Assembly (NCBI RefSeq): GCF_006345805.1
Contig: NC_043022.1
Coordinates: 18,662,001-18,726,000 of the forward strand
From: Octopus sinensis
Taxonomy: Eukaryota
Reading direction: 5' to 3'
Length of the DNA stretch: 64,000 bases
This document shows positions 24,397-36,925 of the stretch, in pieces; within the stretch, counting starts at the first letter, position 1; each line of letters starts with the position of its first letter. Made by a program: the position numbers and the translations under genes. The notes under the pieces were generated by a model. It was not told the origin of the DNA. It saw only the letters and a list, made by a program, of their open reading frames with translations, and ran no database searches.

Positions 24397-27300
24397 GTGG
24401 TTTCAAGTTTTGCCACAAGGGCAGCAATTTTTGGGGAGAGGATGAGTCGATTATCTGGGCCCCAGTGTTCAACTGGTAATTATTTTATTGACCCCAAAAG
24501 GTAAAGCTGACGTCGGCAGAATTTGAACTCAGAACGTAGTGACGGGCGAAATACTGCCAAGCACTTTGTCTGGCATCTTAACGACTCTGCCAGCTCGTCG
24601 CCTTAATGACAATAATAGAAATAATCCTTTCTACTATAGGCATGAAATTTGAAATTTCACAGGGATGGGTGGGGTGTAAGTCAATTACATTGACCTCAGT
24701 GTATAACTGGTACTTATTTTATGGACCTTGAAAGGATACGGAATTTGAACTTAGAATATAAAACGAAAAATGCTGCCAAACATTTTCTCCATTGTGCTAA
24801 AGATTCTGCCAATTTGCAACCTAATAATAATAATAATCTTTTCTACTGTAGGTACAAGGCCTGAAATTTGGGCAAAGGATTAAGTCAATTACATTAACCC
24901 CAGTAATCAACTGGTACTTATTCAATTGGTCCTGAAAGGATAAAAGGCAAAGTCGACCATGGCAGAGTTTGAACTCAGAACGTAGCGGTAGACAAAATAC
25001 CTATTTCTTTACTACCCACAAGGGGCTACACACAAAAGAGACAAACAAGGACAGACAAATGGATTAAGTCGATTACATCGACCCCAGTGCGTAACTGGTA
25101 CTTAATTTATCGACCCCGAAAGGATGAAAGGCAAAGTCGACCTCGGCGGAATTTGAACTCAGAACGTAACGACAGACGAAATACCGCTCAGATTTCACCT
25201 GGCATGCTAATTCTGCCAGCTTGCCACCTTAATAATAATTAATTCATTCATTGGCCACAAGGGCTTACATAAAATTACATTAAAACACATACAACAACAT
25301 AAAAGATAAAAACAGGACGATACAATTGGTTTTACAATGTGTAAACAATATATATAACGATTAAAAATTAAACAATTTAAAACTCCCAATAGGGAAGGTG
25401 CTTTAACCCTTTCGTTACTGTATTTCTGTTGAGATGCTCTGTGTTTCTTTCAATTACTTTAAATATAACAAAGAATTTAGTAAAATAACTGGCACCCGGC
25501 AGATGCCAGGACCTCTGGACTGGAGATACCTAAAAAGCACTATCCGAATAATGGCCAAAGCCAGTGCCGCCTCGACTGGCTTCCGTGCAGGTGGCACGTA
25601 AAATGCACCAATCCGACCGTGGCCGATGCCAGCCTCGCCTGGCACCAGTGCAGGTGGCATGTAAAAAGCACCCACTACACTCACGGAGTGGTTGGCATTA
25701 GGAAGGGCATCCAGCTGTAGAAACTTAGTTATCATGAAGCTAGTGTTAGGAACATAGATTGTGACCAAGGTTTAATGGAAGATTTTAATTCAAAACTTAT
25801 GAAAGCAAGACATTTGTACTCAGAGCCAGAAGTGGTTTCAGCCAGGTTGGTTATGAAAGGGTTAATTTAGATCACTTTAACCCTTTTGTTACCATATTTC
25901 TGTTGAGATGCTCTGCATTTCTTTCAATTACTTTAAATCTAACCAAGAATTTAGTAAAATAACTTAATTATCATTCAGCTAGTGTTAGGAGCATAAATTG
26001 TGATTAAGGTTTGGTGCAAGATTTTAATTCGGAACTTATGGAAACAAGACATTAGTACTCAGAGCCAAAGCCGGTTCCATTAAGTAATCATCATGTTGAT
26101 GCAACACAGATTATGTTTTCAGGTTTTTTAGATGAAGTTTCCAGAAATAACCCAATAGTTTTACCTTTAATTCTGTGAATATTGAAAGAAACACGAAGCG
26201 TCTCAAAATAAATACAGTAACAAAAGGGTTAGACACTTTATGCTCAATTTCATAGACTTGATACACAACACTCATAAAATATTCACACTTATTTTTCCAT
26301 TTTCCCACCAAACAATAAAAATATCCTGTACATATTATAACCTTTACTTAAATTGCATATATCTGCCACATAAATAGGTGTGTGTATATTTCACACGGAA
26401 TTGTACTTATACTCTTTTACTCTTTTACTTGTTTCAGTCATTTGACTCGGCCATGCTGGAGCACTGCCTTTAGTCGAGCAAATCGACCCGGGACTTATTC
26501 TTTGTAAGCCCAGTACTTATTCTATCGGTCTCTTTTGCCGAACCGCTAAGTGACGGGGACGTAACACACCAGCATCGGTTGTCAAGCAATGCTAGAGGGA
26601 CAAACACACAGACACACACACACCACATATATAATATATATAATATATATATATATATATAATATATATATATAATATCTACATATATACATATATACGA
26701 CAGGCTTCTTTCAGTTTCCGTCTACCAAATCCACTCACAAGGCATTGGTCGGCCCGGGGCTATAGCAGAAGACACTTGCCCAAGATGCCACGCAGTGGGA
26801 CTGAACCCGGAACCATGTGGTTGGTTAGCAATTTTTTTTAAAAAATACACTTTTCACTATCCACGCACCAGTATCGCTCCACCCCCTCTCTCTCTCTGCC
26901 TTTCTTTAACCACATCCCTCAGCTAAAATTATATTTCTAACTCTCTTCCTCTATATCACTACCTTCATCTTTTTTAACCATGTAATAAACATTACATTCC
27001 CCCTACCATACATCATGGACACTTTTTCTCTCTCCTTTTCCCTTTAACTAATCACTTGAAAGCATTACTATTACATTCCCTCTACCTCACATCATGGACA
27101 CTTCTCTCTCCCTCTTTTTCTCTAATCATGTGAAAGTGTTACCAACAGGCTAAGTAACGTAATGTCAAGTGGAATTATTATTCGAACCTTTCTACTAAAG
27201 GCACAAGGACTGAAATTTTGACGGTAAGGAAACTAGTCGATTACACTGATCCCATTTTACAACTGGTACTTATTTCATTATCCCAAAAGGATAAAAGGCA

Positions 27301-27662
27301 AGGTCAACATTGATGGAATTTGAACTCTGAACATAAAGATGGACAAAATGCCACTAGGCATTTTGTCTGGCATGTTAATGATTCTACCAGCTTGCCACCT
27401 TAACAATATAATGATGATGATGATGATAATAATCCTTTCTACAATAGGTACAAGGCCTGAAATGTTGGGGGAGGGGACTAGTCAATTTAATTGACCCCAA
27501 TTTATCAACCCAGAAAAGATGAAAAGCAAAGTCGACCTCGGAGGAATCTGAATTCAGAACATAGAGATAGATGAAATACCGCTAAGTATTTCACCTGGTG
27601 TGCTAACGATTCTACCAGCTTGCTGCCTTAACAATAATAATAACAACGATAATGATAATAAT

Positions 27663-28000
27663 GAAGGTTCATGGCTCAGTGGTTAGAGCGTCGAGCTTAC
27701 GATCGTGAGGTTGTGAGTTCAAATCCTGGACCGGGTTGAGTGTTGTGTTCTTGAGCAAGACACTTCATTTCACGTTGCTCCAGTTCACTCATCTGCAGAA
27801 ATGAGTTGCGACGTCACAGGTGCCAAGCTATATCGGCCCATTTTGCCTTTCCCTTGGATAACACCGGTGGCGTGGAGAGGGGAAGCTGGTATGCATGGGC
27901 GACTGCTGGTCTTCCATAAACAACCTTGCCCGGACTTGTACCTGGTAGGGTAACTTTCTAGGTGCAATCCCACGGTCAGTCATGACTGAAGGGGGTTTCA
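27663..28000 (+). mobile_element. tRNA-derived SINE family D
   Basis: Head gaagg..catggctcagtggttagagcg...gagttcaaatcc. Second copy at about 44582-44915. Confidence 0.75.
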
Positions 28001-28363
28001 ATAATAATGATGGCTTCAAATTTCAAGACAGGAAGTAAGATGATTACATTAGACACCAATGCTTCACCAGTACTTATTTTAGCCACCCTGAAAGGACCCG
28101 GAATGTAAAGCTGGACAAAATACAACAATGTATTTTGCCTGTCAGCTCATTCCCTTAATAATCATCATCATCATCATCGTTTAACGTCCATTCTCCATGC
28201 TAGCATGGGTTGGACGGTTTGACCGGGGATCTGGGAAGCCAGAAGGCTGCACCAGGCTCCAGTCTTATCTGGCAATGTTTCTACAGCTGGATGCCCTTCC
28301 TAATGCCAACCACTCCGTGAGTGTAGTAATAATAATACTAATAATGATGATTAATAGAAATAC

Positions 28364-28420
28364 CTGATTTGGCCCACCACAGCCACCAAGGATAAGAATG
28401 TGTTTGTGACTCAGGACAAT
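28364..28420 (-). CDS. FBXO42: FBXO42 coding exon 6
   Basis: atttcag|ATTGTC...AATCAG|gtattt, 57 nt, phase 0-0. Encodes IVLSHKHILILGGCGGPNQ (recalled vertebrate sequence ILILGGCGGPN). Confidence 0.93.
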
Positions 28421-29589
28421 CTGAAATAGATAAGAGAGAAAGAGTGAAGGCATGAGATAAAGATTAATAAATCAGCAATTACAAGGCGCAGGAGTGGCTG
28501 TGTGGTAAGTAGCTTGTTTACCAACCACATGGTTCCGGGTTCAGTCCCACTGCGTGGCACCTTGGGCAAGTGTCTTCTGCTATAGCCTCGGGCCGACCAA
28601 AGCCTTGTGAGTAGATTTGGTAGACGGAAACTGAAAGAAGCCCTTTATATATATGTAGGAGTGGCTGTGTGGTAAGTAGCTTGTTTACCAACCACATGGT
28701 TCCAGGTTCATTCCCACTGCGTGGCACCTTGGGCAAGTGTCTTCTACTATAGCCTCGGGCCGACCAAAGCCTCGTGAGTGGATTTGGTAGACGGAAACTG
28801 AAAGAAGCCCGTCGTATATATGTATATATATATATATATATATATACGTGCGTGTGTTTGTGTGTCTGTGTTTGTCCCCCTAGCATTGCTTGACAACCGA
28901 TGCTGGTGTGTTTATGTCCCCGTTACTTAGCGGTTCGGCAAAAGAGACCGATAGAATAAGTACTGGGCTTACAAAAGAATAAGTCCCGGGGTCAATTTGC
29001 TCGATTAAAAGGCGGTGCTCCAGCATGGCCGCAGTCAAATGACTGAAACAAGTAAAAGAGTAAAAGAGAGAGATTGATTATTGGGATCAGAGTTAGATAT
29101 AGAGATGGGATATATCTACTATGGAAACACAAACACTATTGATATATCTATAATAATAAAAGCAAAATTCTGTCTGTCCGTCTGAGACCCTGGTATTTCA
29201 GTCTACATTTGCTTTACATAGACACGTTATACCTTTGTGGAATCAGGACGATCCTGGGATTGAAACCAAATCCCCTTCATTCGGTTCTTGAACATCGAGC
29301 ATTGGGATCCGATTTAAAGGATTTGGGTTGCTATTTCTAGCAGGTAAAGTTTGTTTGATTCATGCCATCTTGGTCGGTGTTTATCAGATGATGCCAGAGA
29401 ACAAGGAGGAGATAAATGACATTTGCTTCATTGATTTTATGTCGAGATAAGAACTTTGGGACAAATGGCCAACAGTTGGAATTCAAATTGGGACTGGAAC
29501 AATAAAATAATTGCATTACAGAATTAATTCTCTTCCATCTTTAACCTCTGATCAAACACTACAGGGCATATAGTCATTATGGATGTATT

Positions 29590-30250
29590 ATCATCATCAT
29601 CATCTTTTAACGTCCGCTTTCCATGCTGGCATGGGTTGGACGTTTGACTGAGGACTGGCAAAAACCAGGAGGCTGCACCAGGCTTCAATCTGATCTGGTA
29701 CAATTTCTACAGCTGGATGCCCTTCCTAATGCCAGCCATTCCGAGTGTAGTGGGTGCTTTTTATGTACTACTGGCACAGGAGCCAGTCAGGCGGTGCTGG
29801 CATCGACTATGCTCAAATGGTGCTTTTTACATACCAGTGGCACAGGACCAGTCAGGCGGCACTAGCATCAACCATGTGTGAATGGTGCTTTTTATGTGCC
29901 ACCAGCATGGGTGCCAGTCAGGCACTACTGGCATCAGCCACGGCAATGACAACTTCACTCAACAGATCTTCGCAAGCACAGTTCATTGTCCAATGATTGA
30001 AGGGTACTCTTAATGGGCCGATTATGCTGCACTGGCTTAGGCCACAGTTACAGTCTCACTTGGCTTGCCAGATCTTCTCAAGCACGGCATATCTCCAAAG
30101 GTCTTGGTCACTCATCATCACCTCTGTGTGGCCCAATGTTCAAAGATCGTGCTTCACCACCTCATCCCAGGTCTTCCTGGGTCTACCTCTTCCATAGGTT
30201 CCCTCTACTGCTAGGGCATGACAGTTTTTCACACAGCTGTCCTCATCTGT
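29590..30250 (-). mobile_element. 5'-truncated RTE LINE 3' end
   Basis: Homologous to 19990-20170 (RGRPRKTWDEVVKHDL) followed by the shared 3' UTR ending in (GAT)n. Confidence 0.8.
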
Positions 30251-31740
30251 AAGCAACACATATTTATCCAATATACTGCTGGTAAAGTACCTAGATTCTT
30301 CATACATAAATGATTTTTATAATTTGTATTCTTATCTTATATGTATTGAAATCGAATTGAACCAGCCAGGATCGGTCCCGTGGGTCCCTGGTGGTACGTA
30401 TAAAAGACTATCCGACTTGTGGCCGATGCCAGCGCCGCCTCGACTGGCTTCCGTGCCGGTGGCACATAAAAACACCAATCGACCGTGGCCGTGCAGACTC
30501 GCCTGGCACCTGTGCAGGTGGCACGTAAAAAGCACCCACTACACTCACGGAGTGGTTGGCGTTAGGAAGGCATCCAGCTGTAGAACATTGCCAGATAAGA
30601 CTGGAGCCTGGTGCAGCCTTCTGGCTTCCCAGATCCCGGGTCGAACCGTCCAACCCATGCTAGCATGAGAATGAGACGAAACGATGATGATGATGATATG
30701 TATGCTATTAAGGTTCTTATTTTGTTAAATGAATAAATAATTCAACATTCTAATATCCGAAAGTTGATAAACAAACTAAATTTGTTTCTCCATTTTCTTA
30801 TTTGTATTATATATATATGTGTGTGTGTGTGTGTGTCTGTGTGTCTGTCCCCCTAACCATCGCTTAATAACAGATGTTGGTGTGTTTACGTCTCCATAAC
30901 TTAGCGGTTCAGCAAAAGATACCAATAGAATAAGTACTACTGGGCTTACAAAGAATAAGTTCTGGGGTCGATTTCTTTGACTAAAGGCAGTGCTCCAGCA
31001 TGGCTGCAGTCAAATGAGTGACACAAGAATAAAAGAATATGCACACACACACACACACACATGTATGGCAGGCATGGACATGTGGTTAGGAAGCTTGTTT
31101 CTCAGCCATATGGTTTCGGGTTCAGTCCCACTGCGTGGCACATTGGGCAAATGTCTTCTGCTATAGCCTTGGGCTGACCGAAACCTTGCGACTGAATTTG
31201 GTAGGTGGAAGTTACCATCATATGTGTACATGTGTGTATAAGTGCTTGTGCCTCCTAAAAAACACACATACACCCACACACACCGCAGGTGTCTTCCACT
31301 TTCTGTCTATGAAATGCACTCACAAAACTTTGGGGCTATAACAGAAGACACTTGCCAAGGGGCTGGACATTAGGGCTGAACCCTAAACTATGTGGTTGGA
31401 AGCAAATTTTCTAACCACACAGCCACACACATGCGTGTGTGTATATATATATATATTTAAATATTTGTTGTGCAAGATTTTTTTATGTGAAGTCGTGTGT
31501 TGAAACAGATATTGTTATATTTCGGAATGGTCATATTGCCAGTTTAGCCAATACAAATTACATGAACATATATAAACAGAAGATACAAATATTACAGGCA
31601 TCCCCCCCACATACACACACTAAATAAACATAGACACACATAGAGATATAAGCATGCGCAAATGAAGACATACAATAGAAATACAAAATGGCTGACGGTT
31701 AGTAAGGAGAGACACACAAATAAGAAAGAAGAAAACAAAG

Positions 31741-31784
31741 GACCACTGATGTGGTCACAGGAGTGTGACGAAAGAACTCTGGCC
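31741..31784 (+). ncRNA. Degenerate hammerhead motif
   Basis: gacca-CTGATGT-g-gtcaca(ggag)tgtgac-GAAA-G-aa-C-TC-tggcc. A9 is changed to T and there is one extra G. Confidence 0.5.
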
Positions 31785-32841
31785 GAAATAAGATTAAGAT
31801 TAATGTAAAAAATAAATAATACTGAAGCAAAGTAACACCAAATATATAGTGCGTGTGTTTTTATTGGCTAAACTGGCAAAATGACCATTCAGAAATACAA
31901 CAATATACATATATATATATATATATATATAAAATCATACAATTATCATATGTAGAAGGCAGCAGGACACAAAGGTGGGGAGAGAGAGAGACAGAGAGGT
32001 AAAGGAGAAGGAAGAGAGAGAGAGAGGACAGAAGTGTACCTGCAACTGACCACATTTAAAAATTGGGGCACTCCATTACTTTACAACGATGATTGTTCCA
32101 GTTGATCCAAGCAACAGAACAGCCTGCTCGTGAGATGAACATGCAAGTGGCTGAGTATTCCACAGACACACGTACCCCTTCATATACATCTCAGGGAGAT
32201 TCAGTGTGACACACAGTGCGACAAGGCTGGCCCTTTGAAATACAGGTACCACTCGTTTTTGCCAGCTGAGTGGACTGGAACAAGATGAAATAAAGAGTCT
32301 TGCTCAAGGATACAACACACCACCAGGAACTGAACTCATGACCCTACGATTGCAAGCCAAGCAAGTTCAGATTTTTTTGTTTTTTGTTTTATATTTAAAA
32401 TACGATGTGTGAAAGTGGAAGCACTCCGTCGGTTACGACGATGAGGGTTCCGGTTGATCCGAATCAACGGAACAGCCTGCTCGTGAAATTAACGTGTAGG
32501 GCTGAGCACTCCACAGACACGTGTACCCTTAACGTAGTTCTCGGGGATATTCAGCGTGACACAGAGAGTGACAAGGCCGGCCCTTTGAAATACAGGTACA
32601 AACAGAAACAGGAAGTAAGAGTGAGAGAAAGTTTGGTGTGAGTAAGAGTACAGCAGGGATCACCACCATCCCCTGCTGGAGCCTCGTGGAGCTTTTAGGT
32701 GTTTTCGCTCAATAAACACTCACAACGCCCGGTCTGGGAATCGAAACCGTGATCCTATGACCGCGAGTCCGCTGCCCTAACCACTGGGCCATTGCGCCTC
32801 CGATGTAAAGTACGATGTAAATGGTTAGGGGAAACGTTTAC

Positions 32842-32938
32842 CTGTGACTGGCCATAACGGGGGCTCGGTTTCGGTCCATTAATTTCTATCCGGCGCCAGT
32901 CTTGTTCGAGAAAGTCAAACAACCAAACATCATTGGAC
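32842..32938 (-). CDS. FBXO42: FBXO42 coding exon 5
   Basis: ttctgcag|GTCCAAT...TCACAG|gtaaac, 97 nt, phase 2-0. Encodes SNDVWLFDFLEQDWRRIEINGPKPSPRYGQSQ. Confidence 0.95.
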
Positions 32939-33825
32939 CTGCAGAAAGAAACATTTCAACATGATTAAGTGATTAAGAGAGGGAACGAAGAGGTGGTCAT
33001 GGAAGGAAGTAATGTGCTTGGCAGAGTATGAGAGAACGAGTGGAGAGTGAGGGAATGTGTGGAGAGTCTAACTGTGAGTAAAGAGTGGAGAGTGTGAGGA
33101 TGGAAAGTGTGGGTGACGGTGGGGTGGGAGTGAGTGAGGGTGGGGAGAGTGAGTGAGGGCGGGGAGAGTGAGTGAGGGCGGGGAGAGTGAGTGAGGGCGG
33201 GGAGTGCGAGCGAAGTATAGAGAACAATGTACAAATTTCATAGTGAAAAACATCTGTTGTAAAAAAAAACCACAAAGCATAGAAACCACAACCACCAACA
33301 CAATCACTGCTCCCACCACAACCACCAACACAATCACTGCTCCCACCACAACCAACCAAACCATCAACCACCACTACCATCACAATCACAACCACCATTA
33401 TCATCATCAACACTGACACCATTACAACCACAACTACCAACACCACAACAAACCAGTCGACGATTGTGTGGTAAGTAGCTTGCTTACCAACCACATGGGC
33501 CTGGGTTCAGTCCCACTGCGTGGCACCTTGGGCAAGTGTCTTCTACTATGGCCTCGGGCCAACCAAAGCCTTGTGAGTGGATTTGGTAGATGGAAACTGA
33601 AAGAAGCCCATTGTATATATGCATATGTGTGTGTGTGTATGTCTATGTTTGTCCCCCACAACATCGCTTGACAACTGATGCTGGTGTGTTTACGTCCCCG
33701 AAACTTAGAGTAAGGGTTAGGGTTAGTAACACAGCCATCAACACCCTGACTACTACAACCATCACCAACAACAACACCACCACCACCACACAATCAACAA
33801 CAACAAGTGCCGCCAGTGTACATAC

Positions 33826-33986
33826 CCAGTTCCAGGAAAATGTGAACCACCAAAGACAATCATCGTGTCCTTTATTATGGAAGCTGAGTGACCAGCGACG
33901 GATTGTGGGAGGTTGCGGGATGTTACACATGTCCATTGGTTCGTAGAAGGTGTGTATATATGGAGTTCGTTGAAGAAACAAGCTGC
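33826..33986 (-). CDS. FBXO42: FBXO42 coding exon 4 (kelch)
   Basis: ctctccag|GCAGCT...ACTGG|gtatgt, 161 nt, phase 0-2. Encodes AACFFNELHIYTPSTNQWTCVTSRNLPQSVAGHSASIIKDTMIVFGGSHFPGT. Confidence 0.95.
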
Positions 33987-34208
33987 CTGGAGAGAGAAAA
34001 AAAAAATATTTATATATATATATATATAAATATTTGAGTAGTTGAATGAATTATCTTGTTATGGATAATTCGGTTAACCGATACCTGGGTAGAAAATTCA
34101 CATCAGAGAAGACACGTTTGAAGTTACGTGCTTTCGTGTGGAAATTTAAATGTTTTTTTTTAAATATAAATATATGAAAGAATGGAGTTGAACGACGAAT
34201 TAACAAAA

Positions 34209-34306
34209 TTCCTTTATTTTCGACATATGTTTCGAAGGCTGCATATTCCTAATTGCGAAGGAATAAGGAGTATATTATGCCGCTTTCTCATCAGGAAAAC
34301 AAGGAA
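34209..34306 (-). ncRNA. Type I hammerhead ribozyme motif, intact core (sense to FBXO42)
   Basis: ttccttgttttc-CTGATGA-G...C-GAAA-C-atat-G-TC-gaaaataaaggaa. All core positions match, stem I is ~12 bp, stem II is closed by G-C, and stem III is the palindrome ACATATGT. Predicted cleavage between 34222 and 34221. Confidence 0.8.
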
Positions 34307-34370
34307 CTTATGTCAACATCAAGATGCACAAAAAACTTTTAGATGACTGCTCACACGGAGCCCATAGTGC

Positions 34371-34453
34371 TTTTCCTGATGAGAAAGCGGCATAATATAG
34401 TCCTTATTCCTTCGCAATTAGGAATATGCAGCCTTCGAAACATATGTCGAAAA
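34371..34453 (+). ncRNA. Type I hammerhead ribozyme motif, intact core (inverted copy)
   Basis: ttttc(34371)-CTGATGA(34376-82)-stem II(34383-34436)-GAAA(34437-40)-C-atat-GTC(34446-48)-gaaaa. Stem I is only 5 bp. Confidence 0.75.
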
Positions 34454-34904
34454 TAAAGGAATTTTGTTAATTCGTCGTTCAACTCCATTCTTTCATATAT
34501 ATATATACAAAATAAGAAAATGGAGGAATAGATTCCTTTCAATCATCAAATTACAGATAATATCAATTCATACAATTTATTAACTAATTAAATAGGAACA
34601 TCCAAATCCAACAGAATAAAACAATATACATCGTATGAATTTGAGGTAAAACATTTTACCTTCGCTCATATAATACAATAAATGAACTAATTGTATTGCA
34701 ATTGTAAGCATTTATGTATTAGCCTTTTGGGTACTTCACTGGCAGTATATTGGATAAATGATATCCCATAGTGGGTTACACTTTATACTATATATATATA
34801 TATATATATATAGTCTGCTTGGACTACTGCTCCCAACTATGGTAAATTGGATATATTGGATAAATGATATCCCATAGTGGGTTACACTTTATACTATCAT
34901 ATAA

Positions 34905-34948
<44 letters not shown>

Positions 34949-35039
34949 GTCCGCTTGGACTACTGCTCCCAACTATGGTTACCACACAATATAAGTTAAC
35001 AGCAGAACTGAAGTAATCCACGAAGCTACACTAAGAAGA

Positions 35040-35508
35040 TCGTCTCAATGCAACATATCAGCTACTGGGAAAGACTGAAAGTATTAAAACTGGAGCAAAG
35101 GTGGAAGAGATTGAAATACATCTGGAAAATCCTGGAGGGCCTTGTTCCGAATTTTGGCATTGTAACTTACCCCAACCGCAGAACAGGGCGCCACTGCATG
35201 GTGCCAAAGATCCCAACATCACCATCAGAATACAGGACCAGATACTGCAACGCTTGGGTTTCAGGGGACCACAGCTCTTCAATATACTTCCTAAGTGCTG
35301 AGAGACCTGCATGGTGTGGATGGGGGTTTCTTTAAAACTAAACTTGATCTCTTCTTGTCGGGGGTTCCAGATGAACCTACCTCTCAGCAGGAAACACAGA
35401 TGCAGCCAACAGATGTTGACCAAGTGCCATGTATCAGAGGTAGCACATACTAGTGTAGCATATTCAACGGCGGTGCCCCAGCATGGCCGCAGCTTTCGGG
35501 CTGAAACG
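35040..35508 (+). mobile_element. CR1/L2-group LINE 3' end
   Basis: SYWERLKVLKL...YIWKILEGLVPN...GPQLFNILP, typical of CR1/L2-group C-termini. The tail is ggcggtgccccagcatggccgcagctttcgggctgaaac. Confidence 0.7.
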
Positions 35509-35534
35509 TTTTTATGGATTTTTATATATATATA

Positions 35535-35697
35535 GGCGCAGGAGTGGCTGTGTGGTAAGTAGCTTGCTTACCAACCACATGGTTCCGGGTTCAGTCCCAC
35601 TGCGTGGCACCTTGGGCAAGTGTCTTCTGCTATAGCCCCGGGCCGACCAATGCCTTGTGAGTGGATTTGGTAGACGGAAACTGAAAGAAGCCTGTCG

Positions 35698-35739
<42 letters not shown>

Positions 35740-35980
35740 TATAATATATATATATATAAGTGCGTGTGTATATGTTTGTGTGTCTGTGTTTGTCCCCCTA
35801 GCATTGCTTGACAACCGATGGTGGTGTGTTTATGTCCCCGTCACTTAGCGGTTCGGCAAAAGAGACCGATAGAATAAGTACTAGGCTTACAAGAATAAGT
35901 CCCGGGGTCAATTTGCTCGACTAAAGGCGGTGCTCCAGCATGACCGCAGTCAATGACTGAAACAAGTAAGAGTAAAAGAA
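35535..35980 (+). mobile_element. tRNA-derived SINE family A (representative copy)
   Basis: Head ggcgcaggagtggctgtgtggtaag...gggttcagtccc, central microsatellite, tail cagcatggccgcagtc(aa)tgactgaaac. Other copies at about 229-618(-), 12430-12805(-), 26412-26830(-) and 28657-29070(+). Confidence 0.8.
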
Positions 35981-36821
35981 TATTACACACACACACACAC
36001 ACACATGATTTTGCTGAGGCTGTGATTAGAACTCAATCCACATATGCTTTAGAATATTATTATATTTTATTGAGGCGGCAAGCTGGCAGAAACGTTCACA
36101 TGCCGGCTAAACGAAAGCCACAAGGCATTTCACCTGGTGTGCTGACGATTCTGCCAGTTCAGTGCCTTTATAATGAACCTTTCTACTAAAGTACAAGGCC
36201 CGAATTTGGTGGGGAGGGGACTAGTCAATTACATTGACCCCAGTGCGTAACTGGTACTTAATTTATTGACGCCGAAGGGATGAAAGGCAAAGTTGAGCTC
36301 AGTGGAATTTGAATTAAGAACGTGAAAACAGACGAAATACCTATTTCTTTTTACCCCACAAGGGGCTAAACACAGAGGGGACAACAAGGACAGACATAGT
36401 ATTAAGTCGATTACATCGACCCCAGTGTGTAAATGGTACTTATTTAATCAACCCCGAAAGGATGAAAGGCAAAGTTGACCTCAGCGGAATTTGAACTCAG
36501 AACCTAACGGCAGATGAAATACTTTTTTCTTTATTACCCACAAGGGGCTAAACACAGAGGGGACAAACAAGGAGAGACATAGGTATTAAGTTGATTACAT
36601 CGACCCCAGTGCGTAACTGGTACTTAATTTATCGACCCTGAAAGGATGAAAGGCTAAGTCGACTTCGGCGGAATTCGAACTCACAACGTAACGCAGACGA
36701 AATACTGCCAGCTCGCATACCACTAAGCACTTTGCCCAGTGTGCTAACAATTCTGTAAGCTTACCACCATAATAATAATAATAATAATATATAATAATAA
36801 TAATGAGGATAAAAGATTTAC

Positions 36822-36925
36822 CTGATGTAATGGTGATGGTGTTGGGTGACTCCAGCCTCCAAATAATACCAGGCTATCTTTATAAACCACGATAGTAGCA
36901 CAGGCTTTCGGTGAGGGGTAAGTAC
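36822..36925 (-). CDS. FBXO42: FBXO42 coding exon 3 (copy B, in the tandem duplication)
   Basis: Same 104-nt sequence and splice sites as 38361-38464. Confidence 0.75.

Noticed and set aside
33705-33726. TTAGGG-like units (also at ~48160)
   Set aside because: Only two or three units, embedded in repeats; not an interstitial telomere array.
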